From Podarcis cretensis (Eukaryota), in contig OX638160.1 in the NCBI GenBank assembly GCA_951804945.1, positions 22,630,001 through 22,694,000 on the forward strand: DNA of 64,000 bases, written 5' to 3'. Below, piece by piece: positions 26,151-39,138 of the stretch. The notes beneath the pieces are model-generated. The model had not been told where the DNA came from. It saw only the letters and a list, made by a program, of their open reading frames with translations, and did not search any database. Position numbers and translations under genes: made by a program. Within the stretch, counting starts at the first letter, position 1. Each line of letters opens with the position of its first letter.

Positions 26151-27515
26151 TATTTTGCACTTGAGTTTAAGGGCTCATTCTGATACATGGTGGTCATATG
26201 AAGTGATTGATCCTACTAGCACATTACAAGGAAATGTTAAAAGGGTAGATTAGACAATTTACTGGGGTACTAAGGTGTGCAGCATCCATTTAAGATCCAG
26301 CTCATGTCAATACAACAGGAAAAGTTATTTGCCACTACCACTTTTTAGAATAGCTTTTCCACATTTATGTGTGAGTGGAACATCTATGACAAGCCAAAGA
26401 TTCATTGGGATGGAGTCAAATATTCCATTGTTGCAAATGAGTGTATTTTCAGTCCCTTTGTAGGCATTGGCAGTGCAAACTTCCCATAGATTTTTACTTA
26501 GGTTCAGACCAATTTCCACTTAATCTCAGAGGTATTGTCAGGAGCGATAAAAATCAGGCTGCTTTGCACATGATGTGATGAGAAAATATGAATTAATTTA
26601 GGAGGAGGTGGCAGCTCAATAAACCAGAGTCATAAATGCAACTTCTTTTATGCAGTTTAAGAATTCTTTGCTCCTAATCTATTCTCTTTAAAGTATGCAG
26701 TACGTGGGGATTGAAATTCAAGGTTTAGAGAGCTTGACATTCATTTTCTTATCTGCTCTCCCGACTCCTTCGCCTGCTAAGCATTATGCTGCTGCTTCAA
26801 CTTAGGATCCAAATTTAAGTATATTTACTCAGAAGAAAGTTCTACTTATTTCAGTGGGAGTTACTTCCTAGTAAGCATTCCCTGGCTTGCAGCTTCTGCT
26901 CAGCTAGTGGCACTTTTAAGTTTTTATTTATGTATCACTGTGTTTAAAACAAACATAACCTCTTCAATTAATTGTTTCAAATTATCATCATGATCATTTT
27001 TATTTGATTTCCTAGGCGCCTTCTAGCAACAATCTCAAGGCAACATGCAATATTAAGGCAAACAATATTGAACATATACACCGATATTAAGAACTGAAAC
27101 ACAGCCAAGTTTAATGAAATCAGAGTAACGAAATGAAAGGCTTTAGAAAATTGCAGATACCACTTACAATAAATTTCTGGTAAAAAGTCATTTACTTTCC
27201 CCTTAATTTCAAGAGCTTTGCCACGGCTTTCAGAAAGTCACAAATTTCCCCGCAAAAGCCCTGGGAGCCACGGCTCCTCCTCCGCCACTTCCAAAGGAGC
27301 TAAAAGTGACATTTAAATAGTGAACCCAGAAAGAAGAATGTCTCTGTTCTCAAAGGGCCATTTGGACACTGCAGGTGAACAGATGCATGTTAGGCCAAAA
27401 TGTCAATATCCCATTTTCATAATATGAGAAGATAGGAGACCTGAGGCAATCCCAGTGGGGAAATCCACATGGGGAGGGAGAGAGGGAGCCCAGCAGCTCT
27501 GTGCTCAGCACATTA

Positions 27516-27741
27516 CAGTGGTACCTTGCTTGTTGAACTTAATCTGTTCTGGGAGTCCATTCGACTCCTGGAACCATTCAAAAACCAAGGTGTGGCTTCC
27601 AATTGGCTGCAGGAGCTTCCTGCAGTCAAGCGGAAGCCGTGTCAGAAGTTCGGCTTCCGAAAAGCGTTCGCAAACCAGAACACTCACTTCCGGGTTTGCG
27701 GCGTTTGGGAGCCAAGCCGTTCGAGAACCAAGGTACCACTG
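27516..27741. mobile_element. Tc1/mariner-pogo MITE
   Basis: TIRs CAGTGGTACCTTG / CAAGGTACCACTG; TA TSD. Confidence 0.85.
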
Positions 27742-29519
27742 TACCTGCTCCGCAGGCAGGCATGCAGGCATGTTTGTTTGTTTAATTAACAGAGTAACCA
27801 AATTTATAGACCACCTTGTCCTTTGTTACAAGGTCCCAAGGTTGCTTACAACATGCTATCTAAAAGCACAGTACAAAGGAAACAAACCCATACCAATAAG
27901 ATAAAATTCAGTGTGAAACCATTGCAAGAGAAATGTCAGCAAGTCAAACAGACTGGCGTAAGGTCTCAAGTTTGAAATACTGCAACTAAATTTCTCCAAG
28001 TGCCAGAGATAACAAGTGTGTTTTAATCAGGCACCACAAGCTTAATAATGGTGTAGCCATTGACATCTCCAGAGGGACTGAATTCCATAGACAGGGTGCT
28101 ACTTCATAGAAGTCCATGTTTTTCATCACTGCACAGCGAGCCATGCCCACCAATGGGTCAGTGCTCCCACCGATCTCAGAGCCCAGACTGATCTATATAG
28201 GAAAAGGTGCCCAAACTAGTACCTGTGTCCCAAAAACCTATCAAATATTTGCAGCGGGTCTCTAGTCTTTGCAAACCTATAGACAAAGCCAAGTAACTAA
28301 GTGAAAGGGTGCTCTGGAAAAGTGTCAAATTGCATGATGGCTTACACTTTCTCTCTGAACCCAGACAAACCCAAGGTATTGTACATGTATCATTTTCAGC
28401 ATGAGCATTTTTTAAAAAGGGGGTTTAAACCTCTCCCAAATTTAATGTTACACATAAGAGTTCCTCCATGCCCAGAATTCCTAACCCACTCCCGGCCTTC
28501 TTTCCCAAATAATCCAGAAAGCTGTTTGTGTACATCTGGAGAGTTTTCAAGGTAACAGAATGAGCCCTTCATTTGACACCCACACACAGTAAAGAGGTTT
28601 CGCCATATTGGAAGAATATTTTGATTGGCTTGATCAAAACAGGCTTACTCAAAATCTTCTTGTCTTTTCAAACAACCAGAGACACCGGTTGCCATGTTAC
28701 TGGGTTTTTAATAAGGAAGCAAGTGGGAAAGAATGCACATAAAACAATGTGTATTGCTTGCCTTGACAAAACCTTTGTCTTGGTACAACGGAAGATTTAA
28801 AAGAAGTAAAAGTTTAAATCTTTTCCACAAAGAGGTGTTATAGGATATGTGAACGGCAAAATCTGTCTTCTAGACAAGAACCCACAGAAATAGGGAAAAC
28901 ACTTTATGTAATCAGGCACCCCTAAAATATACATTTGGTTTTGTTTTTTTAATGATATCAACTTAAGCTAGAGACCCAAGTGTCTTGCAAAATATGGGCT
29001 CACCAACCATTATAGATGGTCTTCTACTACAGGAAAGTGCCTTCAATAATTCATCCCATAGGTCTTGTTTATAAAGCCAGTTATCTCGAGATAACACCTT
29101 AACTTTGTTCAGGCTTTGATTTGTTTTCACACTCAGTGGGTCATCTGAAGGTTGAAGTGAGATGAAAGCCAGGAAAAGTAACTGCAGATAGCTATATATT
29201 GTATCAGGATGAGACTCCACTGGAATCGCAGGACACAATCCCAGCAAAGTTCAGCACTTTACGTCTCACTGATTTAAGCAAGAGGAAGATAAGCACATGA
29301 TCTCCCATTTAATATCAATGTATGCACTTAAGGTCTCTCCCACTGAAATCAAAAGAACTCAGATGGACTGCACTTTGTGTGAGTCACCTCCACAGAAAAA
29401 TCACAAAGAAAGAGGTGCCCTGTGTAGAGAACTGAACTGGGAATAACTGATGCATGGAAGGTAGCGTAGGATCATGCCCCATGGCCCTATCCCTAACTAC
29501 CATGTGTTCATCAAAGAGT

Positions 29520-29827
29520 TACAAGCTTGGTGGATCAGGGGAATGCTGTGGGTGTAGCATATCTTGATTTCAGTGCGGCTTTCCACAAAGTTCCCCATGA
29601 TATCCATGTGGAGAAACTGGTAAAATGTAGGTTAGACTATGTTACTGCTAGGTGGATTTGTAACTGGTTCACTGACCAAACTCAGTGTGCTCACTAACAG
29701 TTTCTTCTGAAAGCAGTCCTGTTTAGGGAAGCTTTTAATGTTTGATGTATTACGGCATTTTAATATTTTGTTGGAAGCCACCCAGAGTGGCTGGGAAAGC
29801 CCAGCCAGATGGGCAGGGTATAAATAA

Positions 29828-29869
<42 letters not shown>

Positions 29870-30020
29870 GTCATCCTGGAAAAAAGTGACAAATGGGGTG
29901 CCACAAGGTTATGTCCTGATTCAACATTTTTATATGTTCAATATGTAACTTGGATGAAGGACTAGAAGGGATGCTTATTAAACCTCCAGATGACATTAAA
30001 CAAGGAGGGGTAGCTAATAC
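29520..30020 (+). mobile_element. Degenerate CR1 reverse transcriptase fragment, interrupted by L2 tail
   Basis: CR1 RT-like DNA (gatttcagtgcggctttccacaaagttccccat; gtgacaaatggggtgccacaagg, V-T-x-G-V-P-Q-G). Confidence 0.7.
29709..29869 (+). mobile_element. L2-like LINE 3' tail nested in CR1
   Basis: Reverse complement of the 4260-4420 family, ending in (TTA)n. Confidence 0.75.
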
Positions 30021-31471
30021 AGGCATACCTTGCTTTATTTCTCTCTGCATATATTGCTCTTTACAAGGAAGCAGCAGCAGGCTACTTTAATGCACTTCTT
30101 TTACAAAAGAAAGTAACCCCCCCCCCCACCATCACCTAGCCTGCATAATCCCAACTTTTTAAACTATTAGTCAACTGCTATCTGCATTAAAACGTCCTCC
30201 AGTGTTCCTAATCACATGCTAATGAAAGTAGGGGAAAATCAGCTGAACACTTCTCTTTTAGCCCATGTAATAACAAACAAACACAACCCACATTTGTTTC
30301 AACAGGAAGGCTTTTTTGTTTTGTTTTGTTATTTTGTTTTGGGAAATACTTTCCCAGAATTCAAAGACGCCAACAGACATTCCAGCTGCAAAGGTAGAAC
30401 TTTACACAACTTAATTACCCTCCATTTTCCTTGCGGGCTACAGAGAAAAATGTGCTCAGAAGTGCATCAACCTGCAATACCCCAGTAATTCAGCGTTATG
30501 TTTAATGAAATGATTTATGAACCTGTCTGCTACTGCCCTCTATTGGACTGATGCCTGTTCTCCTTCAATGTCTGACAGGGACTGGGAGTAGATCCCAACT
30601 TCCCAACCTTCAGAATACATAAGAAATTCCCTTTACTCTCTTTGTTAACCAAGCTGTCTCATGGCATTTTATAAAAGTTAAGTCCCCGCTCCAATCTGTT
30701 GTTTCCCCTGACTGGGTTACTTAGTGTAACAACCAACTCCCAGAATTTCGGTCACATAAGGCTAGATACTCTCTCAAAAGCAGCAAGGAAGAGGGACCAC
30801 TCCAGCTTTAAAGTAGGGAATTTCAGGGACACAGCAAGCAGTGACAGGCAGTATCCCGTGGGCACAACAGTGTCTACCCTTGTAAAAAGGACTCTGCTAG
30901 CTTGCCTCAGTGAGTTGACATTTTATATTGAACATGCAGTCCAAAAAACCCCCAAGGGTGTGGGGGTAGAAGTAATAAAACTGCAAAAGTAATAAAAACA
31001 AAAAAGTAACAAACTGCATCTTCTTCATTCAATTTTATTTTTTAATAAATAAGACCTTTCCCTGCTTGTATATTCAAAAAGTCTTCATGAACTTCCCTCT
31101 AAAGGTCAACAAGCTCTAGTTTCATTTCAGCAGTAAGGACTCACAGATTGCCTGATATCCAGCTCAGCTGCTGCTGTGGAGAACTGGGGGAGAGGAAGGA
31201 GACAATCCCCTCAGGGATTAAGGCTTGACCTAATGCAGGTCTTTCAAAAAAGCTAGCCGCCATCTTGATTTTTGTCAACAGAAACCCAAAGTATGGTCCC
31301 TTAAACCTCAGGCAGGGCCTATACTGGTTATCATTTCATGGTAGCCATCAAGCTCAGCTACTGGCACGGTTCCAAACTCAAACCTAACCAGGCCCAAACC
31401 TGTGCTGGTCCCGGGGGAAAGGTACCGTGATCGTAGTCAGAGTTCACGAGATGGGAGGCGAGGTCCGAAAC

Positions 31472-31676
31472 AGGGAGCCGGGCGGGGAACAGGAACGCTG
31501 GGAGGTCAGAAGCAGAAGGCTGGGCAGGGAACAGGAACGCTGGAAGGTCAGAAGCTGGGAGCCGGGCGGGAACAGGAGTGCTGGAAGATCAGAAGCAGGA
31601 GGCCAGGCAGGGAACAGGAACGCTGGAAGGTCAGGAACAGGAGGCCGAGCAGGGAACAGGAACACTGGAAGGTCTG
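31472..31676. repeat. ~42-bp tandem repeat, 5 copies, inside the LTR
   Basis: Unit GGGAACAGGAACGCTGGAAGGTCAGAAGCAGGAGGCC(G/A)GGCA. Confidence 0.85.
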
Positions 31677-31736
31677 AAGCCAACAACGACGTTGCTCCCG
31701 CAACCTGGGACCGGGCTGACTGACCTTTATCTTCTT

Positions 31737-32087
31737 CTAAGGCCAGGGGCGGTCCCGGCCCCCAGGAGCCCCGCCTCCTCTGGCCTTAAGGCGAGCACTC
31801 CTCCTGGGAGCAACCAGTTCCCTTCGCCTCTCTGCCCTAAGCCTCTGTAGTTCAGGAGAGGCCGAAGGGTTACTGGGCCCCGGAGGAGGCTCACCTGTAG
31901 CCACTGAGTCCTCAAGCACCTCTGGGGCCAGAAGGGTTTCACCTGGTGCCTGCTCTTGAGAATCTGACACAGGTGCAGGCTCCTCAGAATCTAGGCCTTG
32001 CCCCAGTTCAGCCGGCCCTGGAGGCGGGGACTCCTGTGCAGGCCGGGATTCCTCTGGTTCAGCCTCTGAATCGGAATCCCAGGCCAT
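31737..32087 (-). CDS. Putative LTR-encoded 116-aa acidic/Pro-rich protein with basic RRSARL tail
   Basis: ATG at nt 5 of the LTR (GTGATGG), open to TAG just before the TATA-like box; polarised composition. Expression unproven. Confidence 0.4.
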   Translation of the reverse strand: MAWDSDSEAEPEESRPAQESPPPGPAELGQGLDSEEPAPVSDSQEQAPGETLLAPEVLEDSVATGEPPPGPSNPSASPELQRLRAERRRELVAPRRSARLKARGGGAPGGRDRPWP

Positions 32088-34758
32088 CACAAAACCACTG
32101 AGACATGAAAACAACAGCATAAAGTATGCAAACTACTGGCTCTTCCATTGACATGTAAGGAAGGGGTGGAAAGAGGCGAAGAAAAAGCAGGAAGAAATGG
32201 GGGCATCTGGACATGGGTGGCAAGAGGTTTTCAATCATAAGACACAATGGGCTTGACAAGCTATTTGTACGTATGTAGATGTAATAAAAAGTTCCAATAA
32301 CTGGCAAGTACAGGGTTCAAATGGGAAAAATTGTTCATATATGTCATAACAGTCCACCCAACAGCTGCAAAATCCTCAGATTCTGAGTTTCCACTTAATA
32401 CTTTCAAGCAGTGGGTGAGCTTTTCCAGAATAACAATGTGTAATATTTTCTTAAGCCAACTGTCCACTGTGACATTCAAGACATTGTTCCAATTCTTAGC
32501 AGTTTCAAGTTAGGCAGTCACCTACGAGTAAATAGCCAGAGGCTTCAACACAAAAGGTTGGCCCCTTTGAAAATAGACAGCAAACACAAGGCAAGGTCCA
32601 CATGTGCAATCTTACAAAAGAATACTGCAGACCACAAGGGATGAGCTACTGGGAAGGAACCCAAAGATACTCATATGTCCCAATGGGGCCACAATTCTGC
32701 AAGCAAAGCCTGTTGCCTGTTTCCTGAATGTGTGCCATTTTGACTGGACTGTAAAACCACCTGGGGATGGATTTCATAGAATTCTCCCTGATAGTAGCGG
32801 ATGAAGAGGGGGAACTGTTTGAAGCCCAATCCTGTTTGTTCTCACAGTGTCCAACCAGATGCCTAGGGGACATCTGCAAGGAAAACCTGAGTACAACAAC
32901 ATTCATCCTACTGGGGATTCCCAGCAACTGGAATTCAGAGGCCTCTGATAGTGGAAGTTGAACATGACTATTATGGGTAGAAGCCAGTGCTCTGAACCAT
33001 ATCTGGATCCTGCCAAATCATAGGGGACATGGCCATAAAGGGTTAGGCAGGTGCCTACACCAAACTGAGTCACCTTCTCACTACTCAGGCTATTAGAAAG
33101 GGAAGCATTATCACATATCCTTTGTGTGTGTTCTTGCCCTTTAATTGATATTGCACACATATCATTCATTTTAAAGTCCTCTTGGTATATCCTGTTGTCC
33201 AAGCTGCGGAGCTAACCTAAGTGTTTGCATTCAGTGTCTTCCTTTGTTAGTTACTGTGGTTCTGTGCTGGCTGACATTGAAAACATACAACATAAGAGCT
33301 GATAATGCAAGAGCAATTTTGATTGGCAATGAGTTTGTCCTCGTGTAGTTCCTCATTGCTCCATGCTCCTTTCCCATCTTTCTTCATTTGCTTCTGAGAT
33401 ATGTGGCTACATATCCGTCCTAGTGACACACAACAGAAGCTGCCTACAGAATGACAAAAAAGATCCATGGAATGTATGGCTGATATGCAGGAAAGCCTTC
33501 AATCTGGCAAAGTCTTCATACAAATTAGGTAAAAGAATGTAGAAAACAGATGCTCCTCCACAGAAGCAGCCAAGAACTTCTAATATCCTGACAACTTGTT
33601 AATCAACAAACATATGGTACCACTTTAGCAAAACAAACCATCCGGACCACTCTGTTTACATGGTCTTTTCCTATAAAAGTATTTTCCAGACTTAGCCATG
33701 GACGGGGAATAAAATTACAGTTATTTTTCATCCGCATATTAATGTAAACTACTCATTAACTACAAATCAAATAGAGCCCAATACATCAGCAGTTCACAAT
33801 TTTAGGCAGTAACAAGGGGCAAAGGAGAGAGACAGACAAATTTAGCGAAATTACTCCATAATAAATGGTTCATGACGGCGGTCATCTTCTATAAATTCTC
33901 TCTTTAATTGGGATTTCTACAAGGCATAAATGGAACTGACAAAAATAGAATTCTTTCCATCTGGGAAAATCCTATGAATCTTTAAAAACACAAAATAGTT
34001 GTGGCACCTGAAGGCACAAAGGGGAGCTGGTTGTGTCATACCAATTAAGCACTAAGAGCACTAAGTGGCAGGAATCTATTCTTATATGGATGAAAAATCA
34101 GTGAAAACAGACAACAAAGTGGCTTGTCATGTATTTTCAGTGCTATCATCTATTTTCTCCAGCAAAGTTCCACCACATTATAGCCAGAAAAGGTAGATCT
34201 AGCTGGGCAAAATATTTGACATAAGGTACATGATTTGTTAATTTCAAATAGTGATTCCTAAATACCAGTGTCAGTACTAAGGTGTTTGTGATCTCCAGAA
34301 GACCCCAGAAACAGCATCTGGAAAGACCAAGACCAGAAGCAAAGATGTGATTGCAGAAACCAGTCTTCCTCCTTAACTTTTAAACATTTAGTTTCAGCTG
34401 GAAGGGAAGAGAAGTGAAAGCAGTTAAGCTAGGAGACATATGAGCCGCACCAGACCCCAAAATAGGAGGAGTGTCCAAAGATGGGGCAGGAGGCAAAAGT
34501 CACAAGCATGAAGCTACAGGAGAATTATGATGCTGTCCAAGTTAATAGGGGAAGGAAATCATTATGAGAACAAACTCACACTGTGGTTTCAGATCCTAGT
34601 TTGATGCCCCCAAGTAAACTATTGTTGGTTGCCCAAACTGGGTTTGCATATAGAAACCAACTATAGTTAAGCAAAACAAACCATGTGTTTGTGTTCCTTC
34701 TGAACCAATCCAATGAGTCAGATGCAACCAATTATGCCAAGGGCTAAATACTAGGCCA

Positions 34759-35116
34759 GGGACGCAGGTGGTGCTGTGGTCTAAACCACAGAGCCTAGGG
34801 CTTGTCAATTGGAAGGTCAGCAGTTCAAATCCCTGCAAAGGGGCGCGCTCCCGTTGTTCAGTCCCAGCTCCTGCCCACCTAGAAGTTTGAAAGCACGTCA
34901 AGTGCAAGTAGATAAATAGGTACCACTCCGGCGGCAAGGTAAATGACGTTTCCATGCACTGCTCTGGTTTGCCAGAAGCAGCTTAATCCTGCTGGCCACA
35001 TGACCCAGAAGCTGTCTGCAGACAAACGCCGGCTCCCTCGGCCTATAGAGCGAGACGAGCGAGAAACCCCAGAGCCGTCTGTGACTGAACCTAACGGTCA
35101 GGGGTACTTTTACCTT
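34759..35116 (+). mobile_element. Sauria SINE
   Basis: tRNA head and TACCTTT tail; 14-bp TSD TAAATA(C/A)TAGGCCA. Confidence 0.9.
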
Positions 35117-37552
35117 TAAATAATAGGCCAATGACAAGCTTCTAGAACTGGCCACTGGGAAGGATCTCCAGGCCTACTCATGAGGCGGCTCATCTGAAAG
35201 GACAGAGCCTTTGATAGGGTAGAGTTTGAAGGTGACTGTCCTGATAGTATTGGCCAGGGGCACATTTGCATTTTTACGAGCTATGTGGACAAGCCTGAAT
35301 TGAGCTCAGGTAAAGTATTTGTAAAGTATTCTCCCACTCCAATCTCCTTGCGCTGCACAGCTAGGAGGAACAGTTTGGAATAGAACGGTTTAGTTCTCCT
35401 TTTACCGAACGGCAATTTCGTATTACATTCAAACCAAGAATTCTGGTTAAAAACAAACTCTGGTTACTTTACAAACCAACTTCATAATTTAAGTGGCTTG
35501 TTATGAACAGAAATGAAATGATCAGTCTATTTCCAATCCATGTCAGTTTTCACATGGTTTCTTCATTAAGTCCATTCAGCCTCATTTATGCATCAATATG
35601 AAATGCTAAAATGTTATGTTTGCATTATTTCTGAATGTTTGTTCCCCAAATACATAATATCAGTACACATTTCCAAGCACAAGATAATCTCAAACAAAGC
35701 AAAGAGTTCTTGCTGGACAAGGTTATTTATTAAAATAAGGGCACAAAAGGCTATTGATGCATCTTCTAAACATGTACCAGGGCTTATTCTGCATCCCATC
35801 CCAGCTACTTATCATTTTGCCTCCCAAAAACATCTCCCCAGAATGCAAAAGGCTCTTTTGAACAGCCTCCAGTGCATTCTTAATTAAAAGTGTTCTGTCC
35901 TTTCCTGCTTAGAACTCTTAAGGCAGCTCACAACATGTTTAGAGCACACGATGTAATCTTACAAACAAACAAACAAAAAACCCTCAAGACCCGAATGCCC
36001 GAACAGCCAAATTTATATCCATATGGTAGGCAATGCTACCTCATTAGGTTTCAGATTAAAGATCATTCTTGTGAAATTCAGTCAGTGGGGGAAAATAATA
36101 TATAAATTTAGGTCCTAAAACAGCACATATTATGCTCTCAAATGTCCTTGCAATGCTGTCATCTATGTATGCCATCCATCTGTTAGGATTTGCATGGCCT
36201 TGAAAGGTAGCCCCAGCTTCAGTCCAGCTCTGTGGGAGACAGAAAGTAGTTTCTGAGAGAGTTGAAGGAAGTATGGTAGTATTGTGCACAGCGTAGGCCA
36301 AACTTTTTTCTCTGGGCCACACTTTTATAATAAAAATTTGCTCATGCCACACCGAATTTTTTTTACTGATAAGAAATACGTTGGAAAACAAAAAGAAAAA
36401 ACTCCTAGCAGAGCTTGATTTATAACATAGAACACAACTACTCTATAATATGATCATGGAACATCCAGAAAGTATAAATCATTGCAGCTACATAAGAACA
36501 TGAATCATTCCCAAAATAAACGAGCCTTCTCCTGCACTCTGTTTGAATGGCGATTCTGGATCTCAACTAGGATTGTCCTCTGCTTTTGGTCTCATTTTGA
36601 AAAGTATTTATCCGTATTCCGCAAATAAAAAACAGTATTTTGATACTACACTACACTGAAATGTTTAAGTGTTTGTCTTTGAACCTTATTGTAAAGATCA
36701 TTGGCATTATGTCTCTGAATCACTTAGTTTAATTATGATCTGCTAAGATAAACAAAACCTATGCTTCACAAGGCCTTTATCTGAGTTACCACAACCTTGA
36801 GAGTGTGTGCCATTCATGCTCCTGTAACAGACCTGTGAACAGAACCATTTGACTTGCCAAAACACCCAAAAAGAATTCAAAAAAATTGAGACGGTGGTGA
36901 CGATCACAATGTTCAGACTAGCAAGACTGCCAGTTGCCTTTCATCCTGGTTTCTAGATAATGAAACACATTCCAATTGTCTGAGGCAGTTGCATAGTGAG
37001 CCTGGTGTGATATCTGATGTTCTGTGCTAGGGTTAACACACAATAATCTCTCACTGGCAGATCACTGAATGCTGTATTTGCCATTTCCTTTCTTCCATAA
37101 ATACATAAATATATACATAGAGAGAGAATATGGCCTAAAGCTACATACTAAGACCTCGTTTTTATTTAAAAGTATGTTGATACTTTTCAATATACAGAGT
37201 TTTAGACTACTTTATGTCCTATCCCATCCCTGATCTACAATCATTTACTAGAGATTATGTCTGTAAACACTTTACAAGGGAATAGACGACATTAGACACA
37301 GGGGGCTTACTTCTGCATAAACAGGCTTAGAATGCTGTAAGACTGACAATCAAAATATGCTGGCAAATCTGGAACATAAAATATACACACAAGGTTGAGG
37401 TATAACTGGCCCAAAAAAGAAAAAGAAGAAAGAAGAAAATGGAAAAGCAGGAAAGTAGATGTAGAGGCAGGGAAAGTAATTTATGCCAGACTAAGAATAG
37501 CACAAAGATGCAGGAAGGCCACTGAAATTGCTCACCTGTGTAAGACAGTTCT

Positions 37553-37928
37553 AAAGGTAAAGGATTCCCGGATGGTTAAGTCCAGTCAAAGGCAATTATG
37601 GGGTTGCGGAGCTCATCTCGCTTTCAGGCCAAAGGAACCAGCGTTTGTCCACAGACAGCTTTCTAGGCCATGTGGCCAGCATGACTAAACCGCTTCTGGC
37701 CCAACGGAACACCGTGATGGAAACCAGAGCGCATGGAAATGCTGTTTACCTTCCCTGCCACAGCAGTACCTATTTATCTACTTGCACTGGCATGCTTTCA
37801 AACTGCTAGGTTGGCAGGAGCTGGGACAGAGCAGCGGGAGCTCACCCCATCGTGGGGATTCAAACTGCCGACCTTCTGTTCGGCAAGCCCAAGAGGATCA
37901 GTGGTTTAGACCACAGTGCCACCCACAT
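37553..37928 (-). mobile_element. Sauria SINE
   Basis: AAAGGTAAAGG tail and reverse tRNA-like head. Confidence 0.85.
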
Positions 37929-38926
37929 CTAAACAACATCCAACTCACCAAGATCTAAATAAATATGGTGCCTGAGGCAGAACATCCAAATGGTGCCCCC
38001 CATGTGACAAAGCACAATAATGCAGAAGACTTTCCAGACTTACCGGTATGTCTGAACGTTCAAGAAAAGGACATTCATAATTGGCTGGTGGCTTCCTGGT
38101 TTATGTATGCTACACGCTCCTGACTTGAGAAGGTATGTTACTCCTTATACTCCTTTATACTTTACAGGTGATTCTAAAATTCTCCCCTCATCTGAATTCC
38201 TCAGCAGATGTTGTGCGTTCTGAATTACTTGGTCTTCTTTCCAAAGTAAAAACCAATGTATTAGAATTTTTCCATTGTCCTGCTGCTTTAATTCCATGGG
38301 CACCATGCCCATATCATTTGTCAAAACCTTAGCTTAGGGAATTAGATGTGGACCCTGGAATGGGTACAACCATTTTCCATGCAGCTGTTTCTTGAAACCA
38401 GGATTTGGGATGACAGCAGTGTGGGAATGGATCAGTAACTTTTAATTCTAGTTTCGATTTTATGGCTGGTACATCTGAAAAATCAAGCAGAACTTTCTGT
38501 GCATGGAGACCACTGTCTCGGCTGTGCCATAAAGGGCCAGGCACCCATCAATCAGTAATCAATCCAAATGCCTTGCCCTGCAGTTTAAGATTGATCTATT
38601 CCAATAAGTAAGCATAGGGTGGTGACCCTGAAGTACAACTGCAAAGAAACTCTTTTGCATTGTAAGCCATTAGTGTGTAAACACTCATCACACAAATCCC
38701 CCTAAATTCACTACACTGCATTTTCATTACTCAATGCAGCATCTGAGGTCTTTCTCTGCATGTCCCCTCCAAGAGACAATTGGAAGATAGCAATGAGAGA
38801 ACAGGAATTTTCTGTTGCAGCCACACAATTTCACAATGCCCTTCCCTGGGAAGTTCACCTGATACCAACTTTGTAATCCTTCCAGCATCAAACAATTTAT
38901 TTTTTTAAATTCTCCTAGATATTTGG

Positions 38927-39138
38927 CTCCCTGGAAAAGACCCTGATGCTGGGAAAGACTGAGGGCACAAGGAGAAGGGGACGACAGAGGACGAGATGGT
39001 TGGACAGTGTTCTCGAAGCTCCCAACATGAGTTTGACCAAACTGTGGGAGGCAGTGGAAGACAGGGGTGCCTGGCATGCTCTGGTCCATGGGGTCACAAA
39101 GAGTTGGACACGACTAAATGACTAAACAACAACAACAA
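38927..39138 (+). mobile_element. BovB (RTE) LINE 3' end, 5'-truncated
   Basis: SLEKTLMLGK.EG.RRRGRQR.RW RTE C-terminus; (CAA)n tail; 10-bp TSD AGATATTTGG. Confidence 0.9.

Larger units (their letters stand above)
31401..32091 (-). mobile_element. Solo LTR (probably Gypsy/Ty3 type)
   Basis: TGTG...CACA termini; perfect 5-bp TSD AAACC (31396-31400, 32092-32096); GC/CpG-rich; minus-strand TATA-like GATAAAG at ~31731-31725. Confidence 0.85.

Noticed and set aside
25600-26253. Overlapping 140-144 aa ORFs
   Set aside because: GC-rich interior of a non-autonomous DNA transposon; open in several frames, with no domain.
31472-31676. CRISPR-like array
   Set aside because: Eukaryotic context, no unique spacers, no cas genes; a simple tandem repeat in an LTR.
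38038-38550. Possible alternative exon ending at GTAAGT (38043)
   Set aside because: All three minus frames contain stops, the phase cannot be reconciled with exon 2, and no homology was recognised.
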